From an uncultured Sphingobacteriaceae bacterium (GTDB taxonomy: Bacteria; Bacteroidota; Bacteroidia; Sphingobacteriales; Sphingobacteriaceae), in assembly GCA_964423925.1 (NCBI GenBank), contig CAYRGQ010000008.1, forward strand, positions 3,033 to 67,032: a DNA stretch of 64,000 bases. The letters are read 5' to 3'. Made by a program: the position numbers and the translations under genes. Of the stretch, positions 46,144 to 55,236 are shown piece after piece (the first letter of the stretch is position 1; each line of letters begins with the position of its first letter). A model generated the notes under the pieces. That model was given only the letters and a program-made list of their open reading frames with translations. It was not told the DNA's origin and searched no databases.

Positions 46144-47636
46144 TCCTTGCCATAGACTTGGGTACAACTAACCTCAAGGTGGGGCTCATCGACGAATCCG
46201 GAGCGCTACTGCGCCTGGAGGCTGCGCCTGTGCCTGTATCGACCCACGGCCATGGCGCCGCCGCCCACGATCCTGACCAACTGAAGACCCTAATTCTGGA
46301 CCTTTCGAAAAAATTGCTTGTCACGGGCGGCGCAGACGAGGTAGCCTACGTGGCGTGTTCGACGTATCAGTTTGGGTTGATGTTGCTGGACGCGAACAAA
46401 AAACCGCTAACAGGCATGACCCTGCTCGCTGATATCCGATCGCAACGTACGTTCGATACGTTTACGGCTGCCTTCGAGAACGTGGATATCTACGCCCGTA
46501 CCGGTTGCCCCATGATGAGCCTTTACGCCTTGGCCCGCCTTCACTATTTTGCGGAAGAGGAGCCGACAACGTTCCGACAGGCCCACTACCTGACCGATAG
46601 CAAGAGTTTCTTGTTTGAGTGGCTTACGGGCGAGTTTGTCACCGATATCAGCACGGCCGCGGCTAGCCAGCTGTATAATATCACCGACCAGTCGTGGGAT
46701 GAATCCCTATTGGCCCACGTGGGCCTTTCACCTTCGCAGTGTCCGACCATTGAGGACGGCACTACGTACTTCGGGACCCTGCGCGAGGCGATCGCCACCG
46801 AACTAGACCTGCCATCATCTGTACGCGTCCTGTTGGGTGTTTATGACGGCGCCGCTTTGGCCATCGGCTTAGGCGGATTGCAGCCCGGCGTCGGAGTCAT
46901 TAATGTAGGCACCTCGGCGATGCTCCGCGTCCCGGGGTCGAAACCCGCCTTTGACCGCAGCGACAACAAGCGCATCCAACCCTATCGGGTCACGCCATCC
47001 GTTTTCCTAAATGGGGGGGCGCTCAACAACGCCGCTCTGCCAGCCAATTGGCTCCTCAACAACTTGTTTGACGTGGACATTCAGGACGAGGCCATGCTCT
47101 CGGTCGGTACGGGGCCGCCGCTGCTCTGCCTTCCCTACCTGACCAGCGAACGCGACTCGAAAACCGGACCCTTTGCCTCCGGCGTTTTCTTCGGTTTGCG
47201 CCAGTATCACGGTAAAACAGACTTAGCTCGCGCCGTGTTGGAGGGCGTGGCGTATTCCATGCGGTACTTGCTGGAGGCGATACGAGAGAACGGGCTCCCT
47301 GTAGAGGAGCTGCGTATGGGTGGCGGAGGCACGCGCGTGGCCGCCTGGCCCCAGATTTTTTCCAACGTGCTCGGCCTTCCCATCCACATACCATCGAATC
47401 CGGAAATGGGGCTGCTTGGGAGCGCGATGCTGGCTCTCGTAGCCGGAGGTCACCATCCCGATGTAGCCGCGCTGAGCCGGCAAATCAGCCGTACGAGCCA
47501 CCGCATCGACCCCGACCCGCAGGCCGTAGCCATACACGACGAGCGTTACGCTTTCTTCAAAAAAGTAAGGGAAACCCTGGCCCCGCTTTACGAAGCGCAC
47601 GCCGCGCTATCAGGTCCACAGGCAGGAACCATATAA
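46134..47636 (+). CDS. FGGY-family carbohydrate kinase
   Basis: LAIDLGTTNLK phosphate-1 motif, C-terminal GGGTR. Overlaps the dehydrogenase stop by 10 nt. Confidence 0.88.
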   Translation: MALVLAIDLGTTNLKVGLIDESGALLRLEAAPVPVSTHGHGAAAHDPDQLKTLILDLSKKLLVTGGADEVAYVACSTYQFGLMLLDANKKPLTGMTLLADIRSQRTFDTFTAAFENVDIYARTGCPMMSLYALARLHYFAEEEPTTFRQAHYLTDSKSFLFEWLTGEFVTDISTAAASQLYNITDQSWDESLLAHVGLSPSQCPTIEDGTTYFGTLREAIATELDLPSSVRVLLGVYDGAALAIGLGGLQPGVGVINVGTSAMLRVPGSKPAFDRSDNKRIQPYRVTPSVFLNGGALNNAALPANWLLNNLFDVDIQDEAMLSVGTGPPLLCLPYLTSERDSKTGPFASGVFFGLRQYHGKTDLARAVLEGVAYSMRYLLEAIRENGLPVEELRMGGGGTRVAAWPQIFSNVLGLPIHIPSNPEMGLLGSAMLALVAGGHHPDVAALSRQISRTSHRIDPDPQAVAIHDERYAFFKKVRETLAPLYEAHAALSGPQAGTI

Positions 47637-47780
47637 TGCTAAACGCGCACACACATAACCATTAAACAATCAGCCATTTAGCAAGAAGGCTGAATCGTCT
47701 ATGCGCGGATCGAATAGATTTGTTGGATGCTAAGCGGAGAAACCCGCCGTTTGACGTTTAGGCAGCCCATTGGTACGTTA

Positions 47781-49421
47781 CTACGGATACGTCGCGACGA
47801 TGGGCATAACCCTGCCCGCACCGAAGGACTTGGCGCTGACGCGCAGGGTAGGCGGGGCTTGAAAACGTTTGAACTCGGCTCGAGCGACCATACGCAACAC
47901 CCGATTCACCAAGTCCGGGTCAAAGCCGATGCCGATGAGCTGTTCAGGCCCCTTTTCCAACTCGATGTGTTGGTAAAGCACTGCGTCCAGGAGGTCGTAT
48001 TCCGGCAGGGAATCGCTGTCTTTTTGGTCGGGCCGAAGTTCGGCGGACGGTGGTTTCTCGATGGTATTGATGGGGATAATTACCCGGTCGCGGTTAATGT
48101 AGCGCGCCAGTTCGTATGCTTGGGACTTATAGACGTCGCCGATGACACTCAGCGCGCCGGCCATGTCGCCGTAGAGCGTCCCGTAGCCCACGGCCGCCTC
48201 GCTTTTGTTCGACGTGTTGAGCAGAACGTATCCTAACTTATTGGAAATGGCCATCAACAGCGTACCCCGTATACGAGCTTGGATGTTTTCTTCGGTCAGG
48301 TCGGGCTGGCGCCCTGCAAATGTAGCGGCTAAGGTTTGGTCAAATGCCGTCGCGACGTCTTTGATGGGGATAACCTGATGCTGGCATCCCGTATGCTGCA
48401 CCAATTCGAGCGCATCGGCTATCGAATGGTCACTGGAGTAAACGGAAGGCATCAGCACCGCGAGTACATTGTCGGCACCAAGAGCTTCCACGGCCAGCGC
48501 AGCTACAATAGCCGAATCCAAGCCACCTGACAAGCCCAGCACCGCCTTCGAAAAGCCCGACTTTTGGAAATAATCCCGAATGCCCAGCACCAGCGCCTGA
48601 TGAATCAGGCTGATTTCCGAATGCTCGTAGCCCGGCGTAGCAGGCAGCAAAGGTTTAAGGTTCCCCTCGGCTAATTCGTACAGCCTCTGGTCTTCCTTAA
48701 AGCCTGCCAACACGTCCACCAATGCGCCGTCGGGCCCAAACACCAAGGAACGACCGTCAAAGATGATATCGGTATGCGCGCCCACATGATTTAGATACAT
48801 CAAGGGGAGGCCGCTGCGCTCGACTTGGGCTTGTAAGACGCCCACCCGCCGATCAAAATGCTGCGCGTCGAAAGGCGATGCAGCGATATTGATGATGACG
48901 TCCGGCTGGTTGTGCAGCAACTGCGCGAGCGGATCTTCGGCATAAAGCTTAGCATTTGACGTATCCCACAGGTCTTCGCAAATGGTTAGCGCCAGACGCT
49001 TGCCGTCGACTTCCACGCAGGCAAAAGAGCGGGCCGGTTCGAAATAACGGTACTCGTCAAACACGTCGTAGTCTGGCAATAAGCCCTTGTGGACGATCTG
49101 CTTCACTTCACCCTCAGCCAACAGCAGGCCGGCATTAAATAGGGCCTTGCCGCTGCCCGTCGTATTGGGTACCGGAGCGCCAATAATGCAGGCGATACCA
49201 ACGCACTGCGCGGCAATTTGTTCGATGGATTGGGCACAACTTTCTAGAAAAGAAGCTGAGCGCAATAAATCCTTGGCCGGATAGCCGCCTATGGCCAGTT
49301 CGGCAAAGACGATTACGTTCGCCCCCTGCTCTTTCGCTTCGCGGATTGAGGTGATAATTTTAGCTGTATTCCCCTCAAAATCGCCGATACGATAATTCAG
49401 TTGGCTTAGGACAATGACCAT
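47781..49421 (-). CDS. nadE: Glutamine-dependent NAD+ synthetase
   Basis: N-terminal CN-hydrolase domain plus C-terminal PP-loop (LGLSGGLDSA). 546 aa. Confidence 0.95.
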   Translation of the reverse strand: MVIVLSQLNYRIGDFEGNTAKIITSIREAKEQGANVIVFAELAIGGYPAKDLLRSASFLESCAQSIEQIAAQCVGIACIIGAPVPNTTGSGKALFNAGLLLAEGEVKQIVHKGLLPDYDVFDEYRYFEPARSFACVEVDGKRLALTICEDLWDTSNAKLYAEDPLAQLLHNQPDVIINIAASPFDAQHFDRRVGVLQAQVERSGLPLMYLNHVGAHTDIIFDGRSLVFGPDGALVDVLAGFKEDQRLYELAEGNLKPLLPATPGYEHSEISLIHQALVLGIRDYFQKSGFSKAVLGLSGGLDSAIVAALAVEALGADNVLAVLMPSVYSSDHSIADALELVQHTGCQHQVIPIKDVATAFDQTLAATFAGRQPDLTEENIQARIRGTLLMAISNKLGYVLLNTSNKSEAAVGYGTLYGDMAGALSVIGDVYKSQAYELARYINRDRVIIPINTIEKPPSAELRPDQKDSDSLPEYDLLDAVLYQHIELEKGPEQLIGIGFDPDLVNRVLRMVARAEFKRFQAPPTLRVSAKSFGAGRVMPIVATYP

Positions 49422-49432
49422 CGTGGGTTGAC

Positions 49433-50089
49433 TTAAAAGAATACGCCTAAATTCAAGCCAAAGTAAGAGCTTTTTGGGTCACCTAGCTTTACGGCGCGGG
49501 TAAATCCGTTGTTGAACGTCAAACCGGTTGCAAGCGTTAGGTTATGATCCAATTGCCATTCCACGCCACCCCCGATGAGCAGACCCAGACGCAGGAAATT
49601 GGCGTCGCCGCCCATTGAGGCACGACGTCCGCGGTCAACGGCCTCACGGCCACTCAGCTTGAAGCCCGTGGTAAAGCCAAACTGCCCGTAGTAGCTACGG
49701 AAGTACCGCTGCGTGCTCTTGAGTTTGACCGATAGCGGAATCTCTGCGTATTGCAAACGATACTTGCGGATATCTCCCGGGCCCGCTGAACCATCGGCAG
49801 TCTCAGAATTCAACGTATTGATGACCAGACCGGTAGCAAAATAGTAATTTTCGGAGACGCCAAAATCAGCCGCCAATCCGTATGCAAACCCAAACTTGGA
49901 CGAGCTGTCAAACTCGTTGTTATCGCCATACCGCAACCAACTGATCGAGGGTGACAACGTGATGCCAAGCGAAACAGGTTTGTACTGGTAGGTAGATTCA
50001 TAGTAATCCTGCGCACGGGCAACAAACGCTGTCGAGATGATCAGGAAAACGAAGGCAGGTACAAGTTTGAGAAAAGTAGTGTTGTTCAT
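49433..50089 (-). CDS. Outer-membrane beta-barrel (porin-family) protein
   Basis: Signal peptide, alternating beta-strand pattern, C-terminal aromatic residue (GVFF). Confidence 0.8.
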   Translation of the reverse strand: MNNTTFLKLVPAFVFLIISTAFVARAQDYYESTYQYKPVSLGITLSPSISWLRYGDNNEFDSSSKFGFAYGLAADFGVSENYYFATGLVINTLNSETADGSAGPGDIRKYRLQYAEIPLSVKLKSTQRYFRSYYGQFGFTTGFKLSGREAVDRGRRASMGGDANFLRLGLLIGGGVEWQLDHNLTLATGLTFNNGFTRAVKLGDPKSSYFGLNLGVFF

Positions 50090-50175
50090 ATATTACAGGA
50101 TTTAAAAACAATTTGGCCCTCCATGTTCTTTTTGGCCGTCTATTCATTAATTTCGTTGCAATCAAGTAATCAAAA

Positions 50176-51210
50176 ATGATGCTCAATTTCCGTCGATGGC
50201 AAATTTATCTCTTTTTTTCCATTATCGCACTGTTCGGTTGTCAACGCACAGAGCGCGTCGACCTTAGCCAAATCGACCTCGAAATCAACATCGAGCGCTT
50301 CGACCAGGCCCTGGACAGCCTGACCCTAACCAACATCGCCGACAAGAACGAGCAATGGAAAAGGCAGTACGGGTCGTTCTATTACGACTATATGCGTTTT
50401 ATGCTCGAGGCCGGCGACCCCGATGACAGCGCCTCCCTCACCGACGTGCTCGGCCAAGTGATTCAGACCCCCGATTACGCCGCCCTGAGCCAAGCCGTGC
50501 AATCGGCCTTCCCAACGATGGCTAAATACGAACAGGAACTAACCGACGCTTTTAAGCATATTCTGTACTACTTTCCAGACACTGACGTGCCCCGCTTTAT
50601 CTCGTTTCTGTCCGGATTTGGCGTGCAAACCCCGATCGGAGAGGACTACATCGGTATCGGGCTCGACATGTTTCTTGGTGCGGATTCGGAGTTCTATCCC
50701 GCCCTACGTGGCAGCATTCCCTATTACATTTCGCGGCGGTTTACACCGGAAAACGTGGTGCCGCGCGTGGTGGAAGCGTTCGCCCGGGAAGAGCTCTTCC
50801 CGTATACTGAGGCCGAATCACACCTGCTTGACCAGATGGTACATCACGGCAAAATCCTTTACTTCTTGGATCGCGTATTGCCTGAGGTAGCCGACACCTT
50901 GAAGATTGGGTACACGACGGCGCAAATGCAATGGGCACAAAACTACGAACGTGATATTTGGGCTTGGTTCCTCAGTGAGAAATTGCTGTACGAATATGAC
51001 TTTCATCGCATTCAAAAGCATTTGGGTGAAGCCCCCTTTACACCGGAACTAGGAGAAAACAACGAGTCGGCACCGAAGCTCGGAATATTTCTGGGCTGGA
51101 ATATCGTTCGTCAATATATGAATCGCAATCCCGATGTCACCCTGTCCCAACTCATGGCGATGAACAGCGGTCAGTCCATCTTGGACGGGTCGCGCTATCG
51201 CGGGCGATGA
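50176..51210 (+). CDS. gldB: Gliding-motility lipoprotein GldB-like
   Basis: Lipobox LFGC. N-terminal pattern (VDLSQIDLEINIERFDQAL) and size resemble GldB as I recall it. Sits next to nadE, an arrangement I recall from other Bacteroidetes. Recognised from memory only. Confidence 0.55.
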   Translation: MMLNFRRWQIYLFFSIIALFGCQRTERVDLSQIDLEINIERFDQALDSLTLTNIADKNEQWKRQYGSFYYDYMRFMLEAGDPDDSASLTDVLGQVIQTPDYAALSQAVQSAFPTMAKYEQELTDAFKHILYYFPDTDVPRFISFLSGFGVQTPIGEDYIGIGLDMFLGADSEFYPALRGSIPYYISRRFTPENVVPRVVEAFAREELFPYTEAESHLLDQMVHHGKILYFLDRVLPEVADTLKIGYTTAQMQWAQNYERDIWAWFLSEKLLYEYDFHRIQKHLGEAPFTPELGENNESAPKLGIFLGWNIVRQYMNRNPDVTLSQLMAMNSGQSILDGSRYRGR

Positions 51211-51249
51211 CCCGGCTAGCTATCTACTAACGTTTACAATGCAACAAAC

Positions 51250-51918
51250 ATGCACATCCAACCCACCACCTTGTCCTTTTTGAAACGCCTGGCTGAAAAT
51301 AACGACCGCGACTGGTTTCAACAGCATCGCGACGACTACGAAGCAGCGTGGCAAAACATGAAAGATTTCGTCCAGCAGCTGATTATTGCGCTCGCCACTA
51401 CCGACCGTTACATCCATGCGGATATCCCGGTCAGCAAATGCCTGTTTCGTATCTACCGCGACACGCGCTTCAGCAAGGATAAAACGCCCTATAAAAACTG
51501 GTTGGGTGCCGGTATTTCGACCGCCGGCCGCAACATCAACGGTCCCGAATACTATTTGCACATCCAGCCGGGCAACAGTTTCTTCGCCAGCGGCTACTGG
51601 CGGCCCGAAAAGGAATTCTTGGCGGCAATTCGCCAGGAGATTGACTATAATGGCGAAGAACTCACCCAGATTTTGGCCGACCCGATATTTTCAAGGCACT
51701 GTACGCTGGATAAAACCGACACGCTCAAGCGTCCGCCCATGGGATACAGTGAGTCGCATCCGCATATCGACTTGCTTAAGCTGAAGAGCTTCACCGCACT
51801 GACCGCGCTTTCGGACTCAGACCTAGGGTCAACAGACGCCATTGCCCTGCTCAGGGATCGTGCTGAAGCCATGTCTCGCTTCAAATTTTTCCTGCACCGT
51901 GCGTTGGGCAACGAATGA
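51250..51918 (+). CDS. DUF2461 (TIGR02453) family protein
   Basis: FLKRLAENNDRDWF and IYRDTRFSKDKTPYK motifs. Confidence 0.85.
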   Translation: MHIQPTTLSFLKRLAENNDRDWFQQHRDDYEAAWQNMKDFVQQLIIALATTDRYIHADIPVSKCLFRIYRDTRFSKDKTPYKNWLGAGISTAGRNINGPEYYLHIQPGNSFFASGYWRPEKEFLAAIRQEIDYNGEELTQILADPIFSRHCTLDKTDTLKRPPMGYSESHPHIDLLKLKSFTALTALSDSDLGSTDAIALLRDRAEAMSRFKFFLHRALGNE

Positions 51919-51921
51919 TTG

Positions 51922-53106
51922 CTAAGCAGGGAAGCTGATCTTGCCCATGCACACGGAGGGCGAGTGGAATAACCCTGCTGTGTTGGACGGATCGCCGGCC
52001 AAGGTTTCGTTCGCCAGTATGGCGAAAAGTACGGCTTCCTTCGCGTCGGCAGGTACGCCGAGCGCTTCGAACGGGCTAACTAGGGTGTCTCCGCAACGCT
52101 CGCGGACGCCCTGCATCAGTATGGGGTTATGTAAGCCGCCTCCGCTAACATAGATATGGGGATTTTGGACGCCTAACTGCCGGACAGCTCGGGCAATTCC
52201 TTCGGCGGTAAAGGCATTTAGCGTCGCCATGAGGTCCGCACCGCCAATCGCATCGACACCCGTCCGCCGTTGTGCGTCATCGAGATAAGCGCGATTGAAC
52301 AACTCGGGACCCGTGGTCTTCGGAAAAGGCAGCTCAAAAAACGGATGGTCCAGCAACGCTTCCAGTAACGTGGCATCAGCGCGACCGCGCGAAGCCACTG
52401 CCCCGTCCTCGTCCATTTCCCGACCGTGTTGGTCCTGCATCACTTGGTTCATCAGCGTGTTGCCAGGACCGATATCCGTAGCAAAGGCACCCGTTCCCGA
52501 CCCGGGCAGATAGGTAAAATTGGCAATCCCACCAATGTTCAGCAATATCCGATCTTCGCCAGCGCGAGCAAACAAGAGGTAGTCGCCGTAGGCGGCCAAT
52601 GGAGCGCCTTCACCGCCGGCAGCGATGTGTTTTTGGCGGAAATCAGCTACGGTAATGATTCCCGCCTGCCTGGCCACGTGATCTCCATCTCCGAGCTGGA
52701 GCGTACTGTTAGGTTGATTGACATCGCCCGTGAACGAGCGTGGCGCATGGTATACCGTTTGCCCGTGGCTGGCGATGGCGTCCACCTGGGAAGGGTCAAC
52801 CCCCCATTTTTCGAGAGTTTGCCGCACGAGGGATCCGTGCAATGTGCCGATAGACGCGTTGAGCTGGGACATACTCTGCTGATCGACGGTTCGTTTGGCG
52901 AAAACCTCGCGAACCTGCCTGCGAAACGAATCGGCATAAGGAACGGTTTCAAAGTGTTCCAACGACAAGGACGTCTGCCGCCCGCTTCCACTTATCCGGC
53001 ACAAGGCAATATCGAGCCCATCCAACGAGGTGCCGGACATAAGGCCTACGATGCGGCGGGATGGCTGGCTAGCCATGCGATACAAGTCGGCGATCTGCTT
53101 ATTCAT
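51922..53106 (-). CDS. anmK: Anhydro-N-acetylmuramic acid kinase
   Basis: GLMSGTSLDGLD N-terminal motif. 394 aa. Confidence 0.93.
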   Translation of the reverse strand: MNKQIADLYRMASQPSRRIVGLMSGTSLDGLDIALCRISGSGRQTSLSLEHFETVPYADSFRRQVREVFAKRTVDQQSMSQLNASIGTLHGSLVRQTLEKWGVDPSQVDAIASHGQTVYHAPRSFTGDVNQPNSTLQLGDGDHVARQAGIITVADFRQKHIAAGGEGAPLAAYGDYLLFARAGEDRILLNIGGIANFTYLPGSGTGAFATDIGPGNTLMNQVMQDQHGREMDEDGAVASRGRADATLLEALLDHPFFELPFPKTTGPELFNRAYLDDAQRRTGVDAIGGADLMATLNAFTAEGIARAVRQLGVQNPHIYVSGGGLHNPILMQGVRERCGDTLVSPFEALGVPADAKEAVLFAILANETLAGDPSNTAGLFHSPSVCMGKISFPA

Positions 53107-53254
53107 GGCGTTAAATGTACGTGATATCTTTCACAATTTGGAGAAGTCGCAGCCCGGATACCCTCTGCATGTCGGTGTGGTGAGCGGTCTCTGGGCCGCC
53201 CGCACTTTGCAAACGGCACAGGCCGAAACATTTGTAAACAACACGAACATTCGC

Positions 53255-53262
53255 TAAATTTG
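53255..53262 (+). promoter_or_regulatory. Candidate -7 box TAAATTTG for gcvH
   Basis: Exact TAnnTTTG match, 14 nt upstream of ATG 53276. Confidence 0.35.
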
Positions 53263-53275
53263 GAAAAAAATATCC

Positions 53276-53653
53276 ATGAATTTCCCCACAACATTAAAGT
53301 ACTCCAAGGATCACGAATGGGTTCGTGTGGAAGGCGACGAGGCAGTCATTGGCATTACCGATTTTGCACAGCGTGAGCTAGGCGACATCGTATTTGTCGA
53401 CATCGATACTGTCGGTGACGAGGTGGTTGCCAACAAGGTTTTTGGCACGATTGAGGCAGTTAAGACTGTGTCGGATTTGTTTATGCCCGTGTCAGGAACG
53501 ATCCTTGAGGTTAATCCCGAAATCGACGGCGCGCCAGAGTTGGTGAACCAAGACCCCTATGGCGCCGGCTGGATCGTTCGTATCAAGCTGAACGACGCGG
53601 CTGACGTAGCCAGCCTGCTGACAGCGGAAGCCTACCAAGAGACTATCGGTTAG
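53276..53653 (+). CDS. gcvH: Glycine cleavage system H protein
   Basis: Lipoyl-lysine motif IEAVKTVSD. 125 aa. Confidence 0.96.
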   Translation: MNFPTTLKYSKDHEWVRVEGDEAVIGITDFAQRELGDIVFVDIDTVGDEVVANKVFGTIEAVKTVSDLFMPVSGTILEVNPEIDGAPELVNQDPYGAGWIVRIKLNDAADVASLLTAEAYQETIG

Positions 53654-53708
53654 CCAAATCTTTGCCCTCAACGATTTTGGCACTGTAATCGCTCGGAAGG
53701 TCAGGACT

Positions 53709-54086
53709 ATGAAGCATTATATTTGGGCTTTCTTGTGGGCGGTTGTGGTGTTGGTGTTGATTTCGATGCCCGGAGATAGCACCCGCGGCGTCCCACACTT
53801 CGAGGGGATGGACAAGCTGGTGCACACAGGATTCTTCTTTGTGTTCACCGTTTTGCTATACTACGGGTCAATCAAACGTAACAAAACGACCCGTCCCTCA
53901 TGGGATTGCTCGTTAAAGGTGATCTTCGTGTCCCTCTTCTTTGCTGTGTTGACGGAGTTTATCCAACTCACGATATTCACCCATCGCACGGCCGAAATTT
54001 GGGATCTGTTCGCAGATGTCGTGGGCACGGGTATGGGCGTATTTGCTTATTTGGTGTTTCACCATATCAAAAGCCATGAAACGTAA
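53709..54086 (+). CDS. VanZ-family membrane protein
   Basis: Four TM helices, DKLVHTGFF and EFIQ motifs. Confidence 0.8.
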   Translation: MKHYIWAFLWAVVVLVLISMPGDSTRGVPHFEGMDKLVHTGFFFVFTVLLYYGSIKRNKTTRPSWDCSLKVIFVSLFFAVLTEFIQLTIFTHRTAEIWDLFADVVGTGMGVFAYLVFHHIKSHET

Positions 54087-54198
54087 ACGAATCAGTTGGC
54101 TGCTGGCCGCACTTGTGGCCTTCGGATCCCTATCGTCCTGCGCCGTGTTCAACAAGGGGTGCCAATGTCCCTCGGTACACCGAGCTGCTAAGCGGTAA
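54076..54198 (+). CDS. Candidate 40-aa lipoprotein
   Basis: MKRKRISWLLAALVAFGSLSSC has a basic n-region, hydrophobic core and LSSC lipobox. The mature part is CAVFNKGCQCPSVHRAAKR. A strong terminator follows at 54202. Confidence 0.45.
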   Translation: MKRKRISWLLAALVAFGSLSSCAVFNKGCQCPSVHRAAKR

Positions 54199-54201
54199 AT
54201 A

Positions 54202-54235
54202 AAAACGGCCATTCGCGCGTAGCAAATGGCCGTTT
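54202..54235. terminator. Bidirectional intrinsic terminator (VanZ/small ORF versus fabI)
   Basis: 12-bp stem AAAACGGCCATT / AATGGCCGTTTT. Confidence 0.85.
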
Positions 54236-54267
54236 TACTGTTATATGGATATCAATAAGTCGATTCA

Positions 54268-55092
54268 TTATTGTTCCTTCTCACCGAGCCAATCGATAAT
54301 GGCTTGACTCACCCCCGTGAACGAGAAGCCCCCATCGTGGAACAAGTTCTGCATAGTGACCATACGCGTCAGGTCTGAGAATAGCGTGACGGTGTAATCC
54401 GCACATTGGTCGGCCGTGGCATTGCCCAGCGGGGACATTTTCTCAGCATAAGAGATAAAATCACCAAAGCCTTTCACACCCGAACCTGCGGTGGTCTGCG
54501 TGGGCGACTGGCTAATGGTATTCACCCGAACTTTTTTCTTAACTCCGTACTGGTAGCCAAAGTTGCGGGCGATGCTCTCGAGCAACGCCTTGGCATCAGC
54601 CATGTCGTTGTAGTCTGGAAATACCCGTTGGGCGGCAATATAAGTCAACGCCACCACGGACCCCCACTCGTTGAGGGCATCTTTCTTCATCGCCGTGGCC
54701 AGCACGCGGTGCAAGCTCAGGGCGGAGATATCCATCGCCTTATGGGTGAAGTCGTAGTTGTTTTCAGTATAATGTAGCCCTTTCCGCACGTTGATGCTCA
54801 TGCCGATGGAATGCAATATAAAGTCAACACCACCACCAAAATGTGCGAGCGTTTGGTCAAACAGGTTGTCGATATCTTCCGGGTTGGTCACATCGGCCGG
54901 TATCACCGGCGCATTGTTGCATTGCTCGGCCAACTGGTTGATCGTGCCCATGCGCAACGCAACGGGCGCATTCGTTAATACGATTTCAGCACCTTCGCTC
55001 ACGCAACGCAGTGCGGTTTTCCAGGCGATGGACTTCTCGTCCAATGCGCCGAAGATAATTCCTTTCTTTCCTTTCAACAGGTTGTGGGACAT
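54268..55092 (-). CDS. fabI: Enoyl-ACP reductase (NADH), FabI
   Basis: LKGKKGIIFGALDEKSIAW N-terminus, SDR fold. I prefer ATG 55092 over the upstream extension. Confidence 0.92.
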   Translation of the reverse strand: MSHNLLKGKKGIIFGALDEKSIAWKTALRCVSEGAEIVLTNAPVALRMGTINQLAEQCNNAPVIPADVTNPEDIDNLFDQTLAHFGGGVDFILHSIGMSINVRKGLHYTENNYDFTHKAMDISALSLHRVLATAMKKDALNEWGSVVALTYIAAQRVFPDYNDMADAKALLESIARNFGYQYGVKKKVRVNTISQSPTQTTAGSGVKGFGDFISYAEKMSPLGNATADQCADYTVTLFSDLTRMVTMQNLFHDGGFSFTGVSQAIIDWLGEKEQ

Positions 55093-55236
55093 AGTCAGGG
55101 TTTTTGTAGTCGGTCTATCACTGGCGCCGAGCCAGCAACACCGCAATTTGTAATAGTGTTTCGTGTTCTTTATTTATCGGAGCCTTACAGGCCATCCCGA
55201 TGCGTGTAAAAGTACTACTTTTTTCAATATCATCGA

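Noticed and set aside
53107-53275. A possible glycine riboswitch upstream of gcvH.
   Set aside because: The GGAGA...CACCG...GGGCAA-type conserved glycine-aptamer elements are absent. The region is better explained as a divergent promoter, with an exact -7 box 14 nt from the ATG.
55105-55116. The 12-mer TGTAGTCGGTCT is repeated at 55105-55116 and 62514-62525, and it resembles the TGTAGT repeats of the 42-kb gap.
   Set aside because: In a 64-kb window, many exact 12-mer coincidences are expected by chance. One copy lies inside the DinB coding sequence. There is no supporting context.
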